A stretch of 64,000 bases of DNA from Octopus sinensis (lineage: Eukaryota): NCBI RefSeq assembly GCF_006345805.1, contig NC_043022.1, positions 868,001 through 932,000 on the forward strand. The letters run 5' to 3'. Below, one piece after another: positions 38,738 to 51,745 of this stretch (within the stretch, counting starts at the first letter, position 1; each line of letters begins with the position of its first letter). The translations under genes and the position numbers were made by a program. The notes beneath the pieces are model-generated. The model searched no databases. It saw only the letters and a list, made by a program, of their open reading frames with translations, and was not told the origin of the DNA.

Positions 38738-40711
38738 AAGGGTTAAAATTAGTTAATTACAACATAAAAGAGAATAAAGGATGTCATCAATGTCGTAATC
38801 AACTTCGTTAGTGTAATCATCCTTATCATTGTTACTATCATTGATTAACCTTTTTACTGTGGAAATCAGACAAATCCACTCAAAATTTCTTAACAGGGGG
38901 AAATGGTTATAAATACCAGTCTGTCTTTTGTTGGGGAATGTTTGAAATTATTTTGTGTTGAGAAATGTTGAGGTTATCAAAGCAAGGTGACTTGCAGAAA
39001 ATACCATGAAATTTAATTTTGCACTTAAAAGGGTTCTCAAATTATTTAACCATTTCAATGAATTAAAAGCTCTCAAATTCCAGCTTGTTTGATTTTTTTT
39101 TAAATCCTATTTTTAATTGCACAACAAATTTTCTTCTTCAGTTAATAAATGTTTCTCACCAACATTGTTTAACTCTTTTGTTACCAACTCGGTTGAAACT
39201 TGCTCTTGATTTGAGTACAAATGTCTTGTTTTCATAAGTTTTAAATTAAAATCTTCCACCAAACCTTAGTCACAATTTATGTTCCTAACACTAGCTGAAT
39301 GATAACGAAGTTATTTTACTAAATTCTTTGTTATATTTAACGTAAGTGAAAAAAACACAGAACATCTCAAAATAAAAACAGTAACAAAAGGGTTAACATC
39401 CACTTTCCTTAAGTTCATAGGGGTCAGATGGAATTTGTTGAAGCAGATTTCCTCTATTAGGAGGCACAGGCACTTACACATGTGAAGACCTGTCAAACCA
39501 GGTAAAATCGTAGTCCTGACCGATGCCAGTGCTGTCTGACTGGCACCTGTGCTAGTGGCATGTAAAAAGCACCGTTTGAGCATTGGGCCTCATAGAGGCA
39601 GTGACAGGTGACCGAGATCTTTGGTGATATATCGTACTTGTGTAGACCTGTCAAACCAAGTGAGATCATAGTCATGGCCAATGCTGGTGTCATGCTGCTG
39701 GCATGTAAAAAGCATCCATTAGAATCTTGGGCTCAGTACACTCTGTAAAGTGGTTGGCATTAGGAAGGGCATCAAGCTGTAGAAACCAGGCCAAAATAGA
39801 CTGTGGAACATGATGTGGCCCCTGGCCTTGCCAGCTCCTATCAAGCTGTCCAACCCTTGCCTGCATAGAAAGTGGACATTAAATGATGGTGAGATATATA
39901 TGAGACCAGCTTCTTTCTTTCAATTTCCATCTACCAAATCCACTCACAAGGCTTTAATTGGCTCAAGGCTATGACAAAAGAGACCTGCTTAAGGCGCCAC
40001 GCAGTGGGACTGAACCTAAGATCGTGCAGTTTGGAAGCAAATTTCTTACCATACAAACATGCCTGCATCTAAATGTAGCCAAATTATTTTACCATTTCAA
40101 TAAATTAAAAACTCTCAAACTCCAGATTCTGGGGGAGTTTTTTTTTTTTTATTTTATTTTAAATTGTGTAATAAATTTTCTTCTTCAATCACTAAATTCT
40201 GTTTCTCTGTTGTGGATAAAATTTGTATTAAAAAAAAAAAGAGAAAAAAAAAGCTTTTTTAAAATCAAATGGATAATGAATGTTATTTTGTTTGTCTGTC
40301 ATTACACACTTACATAAACCTATAATTAACCTAATTAAATGTTTCTTAACCGCCGTGATCCTAATTATTATCTTTGACAAATTCAAAGAGTGTGAAAGCC
40401 ACAATTTGGTTATGTGTGAATAATTGAAAACTTCATTCAGTTGCTTTACATCTGTATTTCCATGCTGGCATGGGTTAGATGGAGATGTATTGGGGTAGTA
40501 TTTTAAGGTTTGTTGCCCTTCCTATTCCCAACTTTCTGCCACCTTATTTGCAAAACAGTTAAGGGGGTATTACTTTTATTTATTTATTCCAATGGTCTTC
40601 AAAAGCAGAGAGCTACAGAATGCATTGTTTACAGCGAAAATAAACAGATTGCTAGGATCGTGGCAAGAAAAAACACAGCGTAAACATTCATAAACATGCA
40701 TACACACACAC

Positions 40712-40767
<56 letters not shown>

Positions 40768-43700
40768 TGTTCTTTGTTCTTTTGTTTCAGTAATTAGACT
40801 GCAGCCATGCTGGAGCACCGCTTTTAGTTGAACAAATCGAACCAAGACATTGAAAGCCTAGTACTTATTCTGTTGGTCTTTTTCGCAGAACCACTAAGTA
40901 ACGGGGATGTAAACAAACCAACATCGGTTGTGAAGCGATGGTGGTCAGGACAGACAGACACACACACACACATATATATATATATACACACACACGACAG
41001 GCTTCTTTCAGTTTCCACCTACCAAATCCACTCACAAGGATTTGGTTGACCCAAGGCTATAGTAGAAGACACTTGCCCAAGGTACCATGCAGTGGGACTG
41101 AACCCAGATCCATGTGTGGTTGGTAAACAAGCTACTTATCACACAAACACTCCTATATATATATATATCATCATTTAATGTCCATTTTCCATGCTGGCAT
41201 GGGTTGGATGGTTTGATAGACACTGACCAGCAGAAGGGCTGTTCAGAATCCGTCTATTTTGGCATGGCTTCAATGGCTGGATATCCTTCCTGACACCAAC
41301 CACTTAATAGTGTACTGGACGCTGTTACGCAGCACCTGCACAGGTGCTTTTGATGTGGCACCAGCACCTAGGAGCTCACAAGGTTAGCTGGAGATGGTTG
41401 CAGGGGACAAGCCTGTGTGCAAGGACAACCACACTTTTACTTAGCTTGACAACCAATGGTGTGTTTATGTCCCTGTAACTTAGCAGTTTAGCAAAAGAGA
41501 CCAATAGAATAAGTACTAGGCTTACACAATATGAGTCCTGGGGTCGATTTGTTCGATTAAAGGCGGTGCTCCACCATGGCCACAGTCAAATAACTGAAAC
41601 AAGAATATACACACATACACACACACACACACGTGTCGGTTATCTCCCCTGTCAGTGCATAGAAAGTGCTTTTTGTGGCTATAAGGGTCTTTGACTCATG
41701 TTTCTAGCAATGTAGGTGCTACCCTGCACCCTGAGTTACTATCAGTGACAAATGAATTTTTCCTTTTTGGCATTATGTTGCATCCAGCCACCTTTGTTAT
41801 TTTAGATGGTTGAAATTTACAGAAAAATAAAAGACGAAGACAGGAGTATAAACAACAAGTGTGTATTAGGTTGACGCTCAGTAAGATGAGAAAGTCTTTT
41901 ACGTTTTCGAGCCTACACTCTTCAACAGAAAGGAACTTGAGGAAATAAACAGAGAAAAAAAAAAATCTTTTGGAGTTAGTGGTCAATCATGATGCTATTT
42001 TCAGTTTCTGTGAACAAATTTGATTCATAGGACCCTGGTTCTCATGGAGCTACAGTTAAAGAAAAAACACTTTTCCAAGGTGCAGCACAGCGGGACTGAA
42101 CCCCAAACCATGTGATTGGGAAGAAAAATTCTCAGCCACACCTTGAAAGACTATCAAAAGTGAATTCAAAATCCCCATAGGTGACAGTTCAACAGACTGC
42201 TGTGTCAATATATTTCAATAAAAAACAGGTTGGAGTGAAGTATAAGTAAATCGTGTTACACAAAATATAATGAAGGAACATGGCTTAGTGGTTGGGTTAT
42301 CTGGTTCAAGATCATAAGGTCAAGGGTTCAATTCCCAGTGGTGTGTTGTGTCCTTGAGTAAGACACTTTATTTCATTTTGCTCCAGTGTCCAATCACCTG
42401 ACAAAGATGAGTTTCACTTGTAATTCAAAGGGGCCAGCATTGTCACACTGAATCTCCCTGAGAACTACATGAACCCATGAAACCCCAGAGTACTTAAATT
42501 TCTGAATATTACTTTTAAATTTTTACAGATTATTGAAAATAGGTTAAAATGAAAAAAAATAATTATTAAAACTCCTTTACTTCAAATAGAAATGGAAATA
42601 CTCGGTGTCCTAGGACAGTGGAACTTAATGGTTTGAGGGCGTGTGTGTGTATGTGTCTGTGGAGTACTCAACCCTTGCACGTTAATTTCACAAGCAAGCT
42701 GTTCCATTGATCGAATCAACTGGGTCACTCATCATACCTGACAGAGGCTAGTTTTGTATATGAAAAGAAAGTATTTTCCGCTTCTTTGATCAGATATTGA
42801 AGTGTGACATACAAAGACCCCCTTTGGTCATGAATGACCATGGGATTGCACCTAGAACGTTACCCTCTGAATCACAAGTCCGGTTAAGGTTGTTTATGGA
42901 AGACCAGCAATCACCCATGCATACCAGCTCCCCACTCTCTGTGCCACCAATGTTATCCAAGGCAAAGGGGCCAATACAGCTTGGTATCAATGACATCACA
43001 ACTCATTTCTACAGCTGAGTGAACTGGAGCAACGTGAAATAAAGTGTCTTGCTCAAGAACACAACATATAGCCTGGTCCAGGAATCAAACTCACTACCTC
43101 ACGATTGTGAGCCGAACACTCTAACCACTGAGCCATGTGCCTTTACAGACACAATACATTACAACAGACAATATTATTGAAATCTTAGAATTGGTCACTT
43201 ACTGCTGTAAATTAGGCCGGTTTCTTTGTTTATGGCTACAGAACTGGTTGAGTTGGTGTTGCCTTATTTGCTGAGCCTTTTTATACTTGGTTGGGCCTCA
43301 TGGAGGTTCTTTTTGGGCATTGGGCCTGACAGTGGCAAAGCGGATGAGTTTCTTTCAAGCATTAGGCCTCACGGAGGAGAGGTGGCTGGGTTCCTTTCGA
43401 GTGTTGGGCCTCACAGAGAGGCAATGACCAGGACCTTTGGCATTATGTTGTGCTCGAAAAGAAGATTTACGAAGCCAAGCAAAATCACAGTCATGACGGA
43501 TACCAGCGTCACACAAACTGGCACATGTGCCGGTAGCATGTAAACACACCCCGGTGTCACATAAATGGTACTTATGCCAGTGGCACATAAAATCACCCAT
43601 TACACTCTCAGGGTGCTTGGTGTCAAGAAGGGCATCCAGCCATAGAAACCATGCCCAACAAGAAAGGGGCCTAGTGCAGACTTCCAGCGTGCCAGCCCAG

Positions 43701-45007
43701 CCAAACTGTCCAACCCATGCCAGCATGGACAACAGACGTTAAATGGTGGTGATGAAGCCCTGACATTGGTATTGCTTTCTTTGCAGAGCTATTCACTTGG
43801 CACTCCGTTATCTTTAACCTTTTAGCATTTAAACCGGCCATATCCAATCTAATATTGTCAGTTTAACGTTCAAGCTGACCAGATCTGGCCTCTCACACTT
43901 ACCCTACACTGCCTTTCTAAAAGTAAAACAATTACATCATCAGAATCTCAAAAAATGCCTGATTAATTGAAAACAATGTGAATAGATAAGGATTCCATTT
44001 GACAGAGTAATCCGATTGCTAAAACATCAAACCACACCTAACCAAATATTCTTCTTGTTTTATGCTCAAACTGGTTAGATCTGGCCTCTCACATCCACCC
44101 AACAATGTCATTCTAAAAGAATTCCATCACTGAAATCTCCAAGATACAAGATGATACCTGATTAATTGAAAACAATGTGAAGAACCAAGGATTACATTTG
44201 ACAGAGGAATCTGAATACTGAAGGGTCAAAGATGTCCAAAAGAGGTTTTACAAGTGAATAGGGATGGATTAACTCAGTTCTATGATTGGATGAGTACCAA
44301 TAAGGGATTTTTTAAAATTTTTACACACCCATTAGCCCTGTTAAAAAAATTCTCATGGACCCAGTGCCAATCCTAAGAAGAAATAATCGTTTAATGGAGT
44401 CAGAATGCTTCAAATTTGGTCTCCTTTGCTTGAAATAATCCATTGTTACTCATAAACAACAGCCATAGTATAAAATGTCTAGGTTTTGGAGTCTGGAGGT
44501 CTCTGGTTGACACTTTGAACAATTCATGTAAAACAATGTAATATTTAAGAACTAGCTGGCCCCATGCGGTCAAAAATTTCAACTAATTGTAATATTTTAT
44601 AAATAAATAAATAAATATGGATGGTAAATCAAATTAATACACTTGTCAATGTTCACATACATTCACATACTTCCCTTGTACAAGCACACACACACACACA
44701 GTGTTGAAACACTGGTTTTTCTTTTCAGCATTGAATGTTCACTATCCCATTTGCACACACACACATTCACATACTTCCTTTTTACATACACATGTACTCA
44801 CACAGAGTTGAAACACTCCCACTACCAGTTTGCCATCACCCCTTCCTTCCTCATGTTGTGACAGAGAAAAACACGAGTATTATTATAGTAGATGCTAAGG
44901 TAGAAAGCTGGCAGAATTGTTAGCATGCTGGGCAAAATGCTTGGTGGCATTTTGTCTGTCTTTATGTTCTGAGTTCAAATTCTGCAGAGGTCGACTTTGC
45001 CTTTTAT

Positions 45008-45172
45008 GGCGTAGGAGTGGCTGTGTGGTAAGTAGCTTGCTTACGAGCCACATGGTTCCGGGTTCAGTCCCACTACATGGCACTTTGGGCAAGTGTCTTC
45101 TACTATAGCCTCGGGCCAACCAAAGCCTTGTGAGTGGATTTGGTAGACGGAAACTGAAAGAAGCCCATCGTG

Positions 45173-45215
<43 letters not shown>

Positions 45216-45416
45216 TTGTGTATCTGTGTTTGTCTCTCGTGACAACCGATGCTGGTCTGTTTATGTCCCCGTAACTTAGCAGTTCGGCAAAAGAGACCAA
45301 TAGAATAAGTACTAGGCTTACAAAGAATAAGTCCTGGGGTCAATTTGCTCGACTAAAGGCAGTGCTCCAGCATGGCCACAGTCAAATGACTGAAACAAGT
45401 AAAAGAGTAAAAGCGT
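45008..45416 (+). mobile_element. tRNA-derived SINE family B (CORE-like, octopus OR2-like); other near-full copies 25497-25898(-), 40775-41155(-), 46939-47334(+), 57114-57519(-), 62323-62705(+)
   Basis: Head ggcgcaggagtggctgtgtggt...ggttcagtccc, CORE-like accttgggcaagtg, an internal (TA/TG)n, and the tail ccagcatggcc.cagtcaaatgactgaaacaag(taaaagag)n. Confidence 0.88.
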
Positions 45417-45504
45417 AATAAAATAAGTACCAGCTGGATACCAGGGGGGGGTCAATGTAATCAACTTACTCACTTCCCTGAAATTGTGTCAAAATTTGAA
45501 ACCA

Positions 45505-46215
45505 CAATTCTCTGTGGATTTTGAACCCAGAATGTAAAGACGGACGAAATGCCGCTAAGTGTTTGGCCTAGCGTGCTAACGATTGTGCCAGCTCACCACC
45601 TTAACGACGATAATGAAAACAGTTTCAAATTTTGGCACAAGGCCAGCAGTTATGGAGGAAAGGGTAAGTCAATTACATTGACCCCAGTCCTCAGCTGGTA
45701 CTTAACTTCGAAAGGGGACTATATGGACACCAGTGGCACTGAACTCACAATGTGAAGCTTCCAACCTTACAATAATAATAATAATCCTTTCTACTAAAGA
45801 GACAAGGCCTGGAGCAGAGGGACTGGTTGATTATATCGACCCCAGTGTTTCACTGGTACTTAATTTATCAACTCCGAAAGGATTAAAGGCAAAGTCAACC
45901 TCAGACATAGCAACAGCTGAAATACCGCTAAGCATTTAGTCCAGCATACTAACAATTCAGCCAGCTTGTCCCCTTAATAATAATCCTTTCTACTATAGGC
46001 ACAAGGACTGAAATTTGGTGGGAGGGAACTAGTTGATAACACTGACCCCAGTGTTTCACTGGTACTTAATTTATTGACCCTGGAAAGGATGAGAGGTGAA
46101 GTTGACCTCAGTGGAATTTGAACTCAGAATGTAGCAACAAGCAAAGTATTACTTAAGCATTTCATCTAGTGTGTTAGCAATTTTGCCAGCTTACCACCTT
46201 AATAATAATAATAAT
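45505..46215 (-). repeat. SINE family A array on the minus strand (others at 11700-11915, 33988-34196, 57950-58395)
   Basis: Reverse complement of the same unit, with (AAT)n spacers. Confidence 0.8.
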
Positions 46216-46464
46216 ACTGACACTCTCTCTTCTGGTGTAACATTGGATAGATCTACATGGCCACCAAACCAAAATTGCCAATCTCACTCAAGTCACATGG
46301 CTTTGTTAAAAATATGAAAGAAAACAATATATATTGAATGATATATTTCTAAAACAATGCCTGAAAAACTGACAGGATGGGCATGTTAGTAACATTTTTA
46401 AACACAAGTCAGGTTAGTCAGGTTTAACAACAACAAAAACAATAAAATAAAAGCAACACCAAAC

Positions 46465-46576
46465 CTGGGAGAGAAACGACTTTGACAGAATTTCCAGGTT
46501 GTTCTTTTCTCGTAGAAGATCTTCTAGAGCTTTTTTCTTCATTCTTTCAGTAATGTAAGGGTAGAGACGGACTTTC
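46465..46576 (-). CDS. MRPL57: mL63 (MRP63) coding exon 2
   Basis: ttgttcttcag|G AAA GTC...TCC CAG|gtttgg, 112 nt, encoding KVRLYPYITERMKKKALEDLLREKNNLEILSKSFLSQ. The phase fits exon 1 and restores the GKxR motif; it aligns by eye with human [37 protein letters not shown]. Confidence 0.9.
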
Positions 46577-46808
46577 CTGAAGAACAAATAAATAAGATTG
46601 CATAAATAATCATGTGACTGAATTCTTCGAATGGGAACCTGCTTCAATATTTTTATAACCAGGTTCACTCTGGTCTCATTTTACTAGCAAGCTTAGACCA
46701 AAGCGAACCTCTCCTCATAAACTATGGATAAATTTGATACAATAATAAAATGTATTAAACTGTAAATAAATATTTCCCAACACATCACTGATAGATTTTT
46801 AAACTAAT

Positions 46809-46927
46809 GCTTACGGCCATATCACGTTGAAAGCACCAGTTCTCGCATGATAACCAAAGTCAAGCAACATCGAGCCTAGTTAGTACTTAGATGGGTGACC
46901 ACTTGGGAAACCTAGGTGCTGTAAGCA
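46809..46927 (+). pseudogene. 5S rRNA pseudogene in mL63 intron 1
   Basis: 119 nt gcttacggccatatcacgttgaaa...ttagtacttagatgggtgacc...gtgctgtaagca with pairing ends and box A/box C-like blocks. Several CG>CA/TG-type changes, a single copy, and no oligo-T terminator. Confidence 0.88.
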
Positions 46928-47344
46928 TTAACTCCATAGGCATATGAGCAGCTGTGTGGTAAGTAGCTTGCTTACCAACAACATGGTTCCAGGTTCAGTC
47001 CCACAGCGTGGCACCTTTGGCAAATGTCTTCTACTATAGCCTCGGGCCAACCAAAACCTTGTGAGTGAATTTGGTAGATGGAAACTGAAAGAAGCCTGCC
47101 GTATATATGTAAATATGTTTGTGTGTCTGTGTTTGTCCCCCCAACATCGCTTAACAACCAATGCTGGTGTGTTTGCATCCCCGTAACTTAGCGGTTCGGC
47201 AAAAGAGTACAATAAAATAAGTACTAGGCTTACAAAGAATAAGTCCTGGGATCGATTTGCTCAACTAGAGGCAGTGCTCCAGCATGGCCACAGTCAAATG
47301 ACTGAAACAAGTAAAAGAGTAAAAAGAGAGAGTAATGAAGTATT

Positions 47345-47920
47345 TTAATTCAAATTACAATAAATGTAAACGAACAATGCTTGCTTTGAGAAGCTTTGAG
47401 CTTTGAGATATACAAGATTCAGATAAGGAACTAATTTATTCTCAAACGCAGAAATGCTGATAATATAGCAGGATAAAGTCTCCATATTTTGTGGCAAAAT
47501 TTGTGAGCAACCAGACATGAGACTCAAACCCACATCCCTTTATCAGTCAAGTGCTGACAAATTTTTCCGCAAAATATGGAGACTTTATCCTGCTGCTTTA
47601 TCAGCATTTGAGAATAAATTACTTCCTTATCTGTATCTTACAATACATCTCAACGCTTCTCAAAGCAAATATTGTTTGTTTACATTTATCATAATTTGAA
47701 GTTAACCGACAGCGTCTTATATCCTAGCTTTAGAAGTTCAAAAATTGCAGTGGGCAGTTTAGCTTAATTGGTAAAGCACTTGACCGGTAATCAAAGGGAT
47801 TTCAGTTTGAGTCTCATGGCTGGTTGCTGAAAAATTTTTCCACAAAATATGGATATTTTATTCAACTGTTCTATCAGCATTTCAGCACTTGAGAATAAAT
47901 TATTTCCTTCTCTGTATCTT
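47345..47920. repeat. Three pieces of a tRNA(Thr-like)-headed SINE; the first two form a foldback
   Basis: Head ggcagtttagcttaattggtaaagcacttgaccggtaatcaa at 47752; 47345-47510 is the reverse complement of 47553-47706. Confidence 0.7.
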
Positions 47921-48789
47921 AATTCATTTGTATACAGGGAACCCGTCTTGTCAATGAGGAAGAGGATATTTCTAAACAATAATTTAAGAATAAATACATT
48001 TATATTATGTTCCTTCTCAAGCCATGTGTGGCTCATAAGGGCCGGTTTCCCGGTTTCTTGGCGTATAGCTTCCCCACCTGGACGGGACGCAGCAAGATGC
48101 AGGAGGAAAGAGTGAGAGAAAGTTGTGGCGAAAGAGTCAGCAGAAGTTCGCCATTACCTTCTACCGGAGCCGCGTGGAGCTTAGGTGTTTCGCTCATAAA
48201 CACACACATCGCCCGGTCTGAGATTCGAACCCGCAATCCTTCGACCGGGTGATGTCAGCTAACAAACAACATCAAAGATCCACAGCCAAGCTCCAGTCAA
48301 CAACAAATTTTTATGTAAATTTTGCAACTATTTTCTTACACTAATTTGTGTATTTCTCGTATTTGCATTCTTTGGTGCTTTTCTATGTACAAATAGCACT
48401 GTTGTAATACAATACAGAAGGCTGTGTGTGACATTTACCTGGGAATGTAAAAATATAAAACAAAGTTATATAGGCCTATAGGCAGACTAATGACCAAATT
48501 GACTTGCGACCAATCAGTTGGAACCAATTGTGGTCATAAGTCAACAACGACCTGTCTATATAGAGATATCTACTTTTGCCTTGTTTCATTCACTGTACTG
48601 CAGCCATGCTGGGGGGCCTTGATGAGCTTCAAATAAATTGACTGCAATATTTTTTTAAGATCAGTAGTTATTTTATCAGTCTCCTTTTGCTGAACTGCTA
48701 ATGTATAGGAACAGAAACAAGTCAACAGAGGTTGTCAAGTGAGTGAAGAGGAGAGACAAACACAAATAGGTTTGTGGTGTTTGAAGTTT

Positions 48790-49178
48790 TGCAGGCAGTG
48801 ATACGACTTTTTCCAAGTTCATCTCCTGCATGGAGGGGGGTATATACAAAACTATACTGGTGTTTCACACAATTTTTCAGTTAAAGGGTTCACTCTTTCT
48901 ATGGCCATTCAAAACCGTCCAAGGGTGGTTGTGCATAACTTTACATTTCCCCAGTCACCCCGCAAAGCCATTAAAAAGTCTATAGAAGTGACTTTTTTGT
49001 GAATTTTCTATCCCAAACCCAATCAAAATGCTTGAAACTTGAAACGTTAATTGAATGGCAGCTAGGTGTATGTGACTGGTCGGAGATTTGGACAGTACTC
49101 GTGTGTATGTATGTACACACGCAGCTGTATATGCATGCACTAGCACTATGACCCGGCAACACCGGGTCATAATGCTAG
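48790..49178 (+). mobile_element. Probable Helitron-like element 3' part
   Basis: GC hairpin tgacccgg-caaca-ccgggtca followed by taatgCTAG|t. The 5' boundary is uncertain. Confidence 0.5.
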
Positions 49179-49949
49179 TTTATATTATAGAAGATATATA
49201 TATGCACTGAATGGCATCAAGTCCATGGGTAAAAATACCTGAAAACTACTCATTTAGACACTAGTCTGAATGCCTACCAACAAGAAACTCCTCCCCGTTG
49301 TAAGACAGTAAGCATGGGATATGAGGAATATAAAGCGGCCATTTCTACCACATTATCTTAACACCTTCCATTAAGGCACTTGTTCATCCGAGTTGTCTCC
49401 TTTGAAAGGAGAGCCTGATCGGAATAAATCGATAAAATATATTTATTTTTGTTTTAAAATTTATTTGGTTCCTATAGAAATAAATTAGAAATAATAAAAA
49501 CGGAAAACACAAAATCTAATTATGTTCAAGGCGAAGTACAAGTATTTAATTAGAAATTTCAGATACTTTAAACGACATCCGTTAAGGTTATGTGAACTGC
49601 GCGTTACATTTGAATAGCATTTCTCTCTAATAACCAGTAATTTAAATTCTACGGGAAAGCTTGAAAATGACACAGGAATTTAACATTAAAATTGGAGACA
49701 AAAAAAGGAAACGAAAATGCAATACAGGGTTGTCTATTTGAAAAAAGATTACTACGTGACATTTAAACAGGGGACTTTCATATTTAATCTTTCTTTAACT
49801 CGTTTTAGTCACTGGACTGCGGTCATGCTGGGGCACAGCCATGAAAGGTTGAGCCGAACAAATCAACATCAATTATTTTGCTTTTATTTTTTTTTTTCAA
49901 CTAAGCATTGGTACTCATTTTATCGATTCTTTTTGCCGAACCGATAAGT

Positions 49950-51745
49950 ATTTTTACATTCTCTTTGAACTTTTTTCTGGAACTTTTAAGACTTTCTTTT
50001 TTGCACATGGCAAAAACAAACGGTGCAACTGTTTTGGAGTGGGAGGTGGTCCCACCCAAACAGTGGATTAAAGATCTTGAGAAGAGGGCGGTGGTACTAC
50101 GGACCTATTCTAGGTCATGTGGTGCCATCGCCCTCTTCGACAAGAGCGTAATAGAGAGAGAGAGTTGGCAGACTTCCTGCCAACTATAAAATTTATTTCA
50201 CCGGGGACCAAATTTGCAACGGTGTGGTTGCTGTTTTGTACCCCCGAGGAAGCTGGCAGATTTGCCAGCGAGCCCCTTCAGGGAAAAGAAATTTTGTTCC
50301 TCCCCACTTATTGTGGGAGGAAGATAAGAAGAGCTTGGGTGTGCGGGCTGCCCCGGGCACGGAGGCGGGATGGATCGAGAAGACCATCCGGCAAGGCCTG
50401 GGGGATAGCGGGCCCAGGCTATTGAGTGTGAAGATTACTGCCGCAATCGACTGGGAGGGGTCAAAGGCAACTTTGACCCTGTGGACCTCGGTGGCTGTGG
50501 GAGACCTGATGTTTCCAGATTTCCTAAAAATGGCCGGGTACAGGTACCCGGTGATACTTGAGGGACGCCCCACCCTGGCCATATCAAAAGGAACTGTCCA
50601 GGGGGCCATGGTGGGGCCCTGGAGCATGAGAAAGAGGTGCTCGCCGCCCCCTCATTGGAGAGGGAGACGGTGGAAGTCATGGAGGAAGTTGCCTCCACGA
50701 AAAGAAAAAGAAAGGTAACAATGGTTGCTCACCAAAGAATGTTCAGGCGGCGGAGGAGGGTAGCAACCCCCGCGTCTCTCAATGCAGCCCCTTGCTCCCG
50801 CAACCTCAAAAAGAAAGAGGAAAAAGAGGAGCAGAGGATGGTCGGCGGATGTTCCTGGCCCGCCAACAGAGCCGCAGGTGGGATGTGTGTAACCTGCGGA
50901 TAGGGCTCCGTCAGTGGGAAGTATGCCACTGACGGAGCAGTGTGAGGTCCCTTTCTGTGAAGGGGAGGTGTTTGTCCTCCTTTACCACAAGGGAGGGATG
51001 GTGAGTAAATTTTTGGACGGCTTGGGTGAACAAGAACGTGTGTACTCGGACTGCGCAAGTAGTCTATGGCCTCCGCAGGTGGCTGCGGAGGTAGTAACTG
51101 AATAAATTTTGTCAAGGGTCACAGTGACCTTTTTTATTTTTTTAGTTTATTTATTTTATTTTTTATTTTATCTAGTTTCAGCTTACGAGCTGTGGCCATG
51201 CTGGGGCACCGCCATTTGGTGTTGCTACATGATTTTACTTCACAAATGCTTTTTAGCAATTGCCATTTGGTGCATGAGAGAGTTCGATGCAGCTGCCCTC
51301 ATCTGCACCTCCTGCCGTGAATTTGGTTCATCTGGGACACCTGACAGGAAGAGATCCAGTTTTATTTTAAAGACATCTGCATCCACCCCATGCAGGTCTC
51401 TCAGGTTCTTTGGCAGGATATTGAAGAGCTGTGGGGCCTCTGAAGCCCAGGCTATCACAGTATCTTGTCCTATATCTTGATGGCATATTTGACAAGGAAG
51501 AATTTGCTTTCCTCTTTGCAGGCCCCGACTTGTTGATGCAGAGTTGTCTGCAGGCGGCAAGTCACTTAGCTTGGGAGACTTGACAAAGAGAATCGTTGTA
51601 AGAAACTTTGTATTCGAGGGTTTGTCGGTCGGTGGGCGCCAACATCCCTATCATTATGTTTCAGTTCATCTCATCTTGTCCATGTCCAGCCCACAAGCTT
51701 CTCTCTGTGTGCTGCCCTTGTGGAAAATTAAATGAAATAAAGAAG
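49950..51745 (+). mobile_element. Non-autonomous L1/Tx1-like retroelement: frameshifted ORF1 plus 3' end, interrupted by a CR1-like fragment
   Basis: GC-rich. From the ATG at 50007 three frames join into one gag/RRM-like protein (VVLRTYS...FCTPEEAGRF...LPTYCGRKIRRAWVCGLP/PGTEAGWI...YPVILEGRP). No RT is visible; it ends in gcccttgtggaaaattaaatgaaataaa. Confidence 0.6.
51130..51455 (-). mobile_element. 5'-truncated CR1/L2-group LINE 3' end
   Basis: PQLFNILPKNLRD...FKIKLDLFLSGVPDEP...RAAASNSL C-terminus, a short 3' UTR and an (AAAAT)n-like tail. Confidence 0.75.

Noticed and set aside
46414-46668. 84-aa ORF as a standalone gene
   Set aside because: Only 46465-46576 is coding (mL63 exon 2); the flanks are intron.
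47752-47826. tRNA-Thr gene
   Set aside because: The acceptor and T arms do not pair properly and it runs into a repeated body, so it is a SINE head. The same applies to the tRNA-like stretch at about 14870-14925.
48340-48440. Candidate mL63 first exon behind a strong minus-strand acceptor
   Set aside because: The translation has no mL63 similarity, and the true exon 1 was found at 55618-55685.
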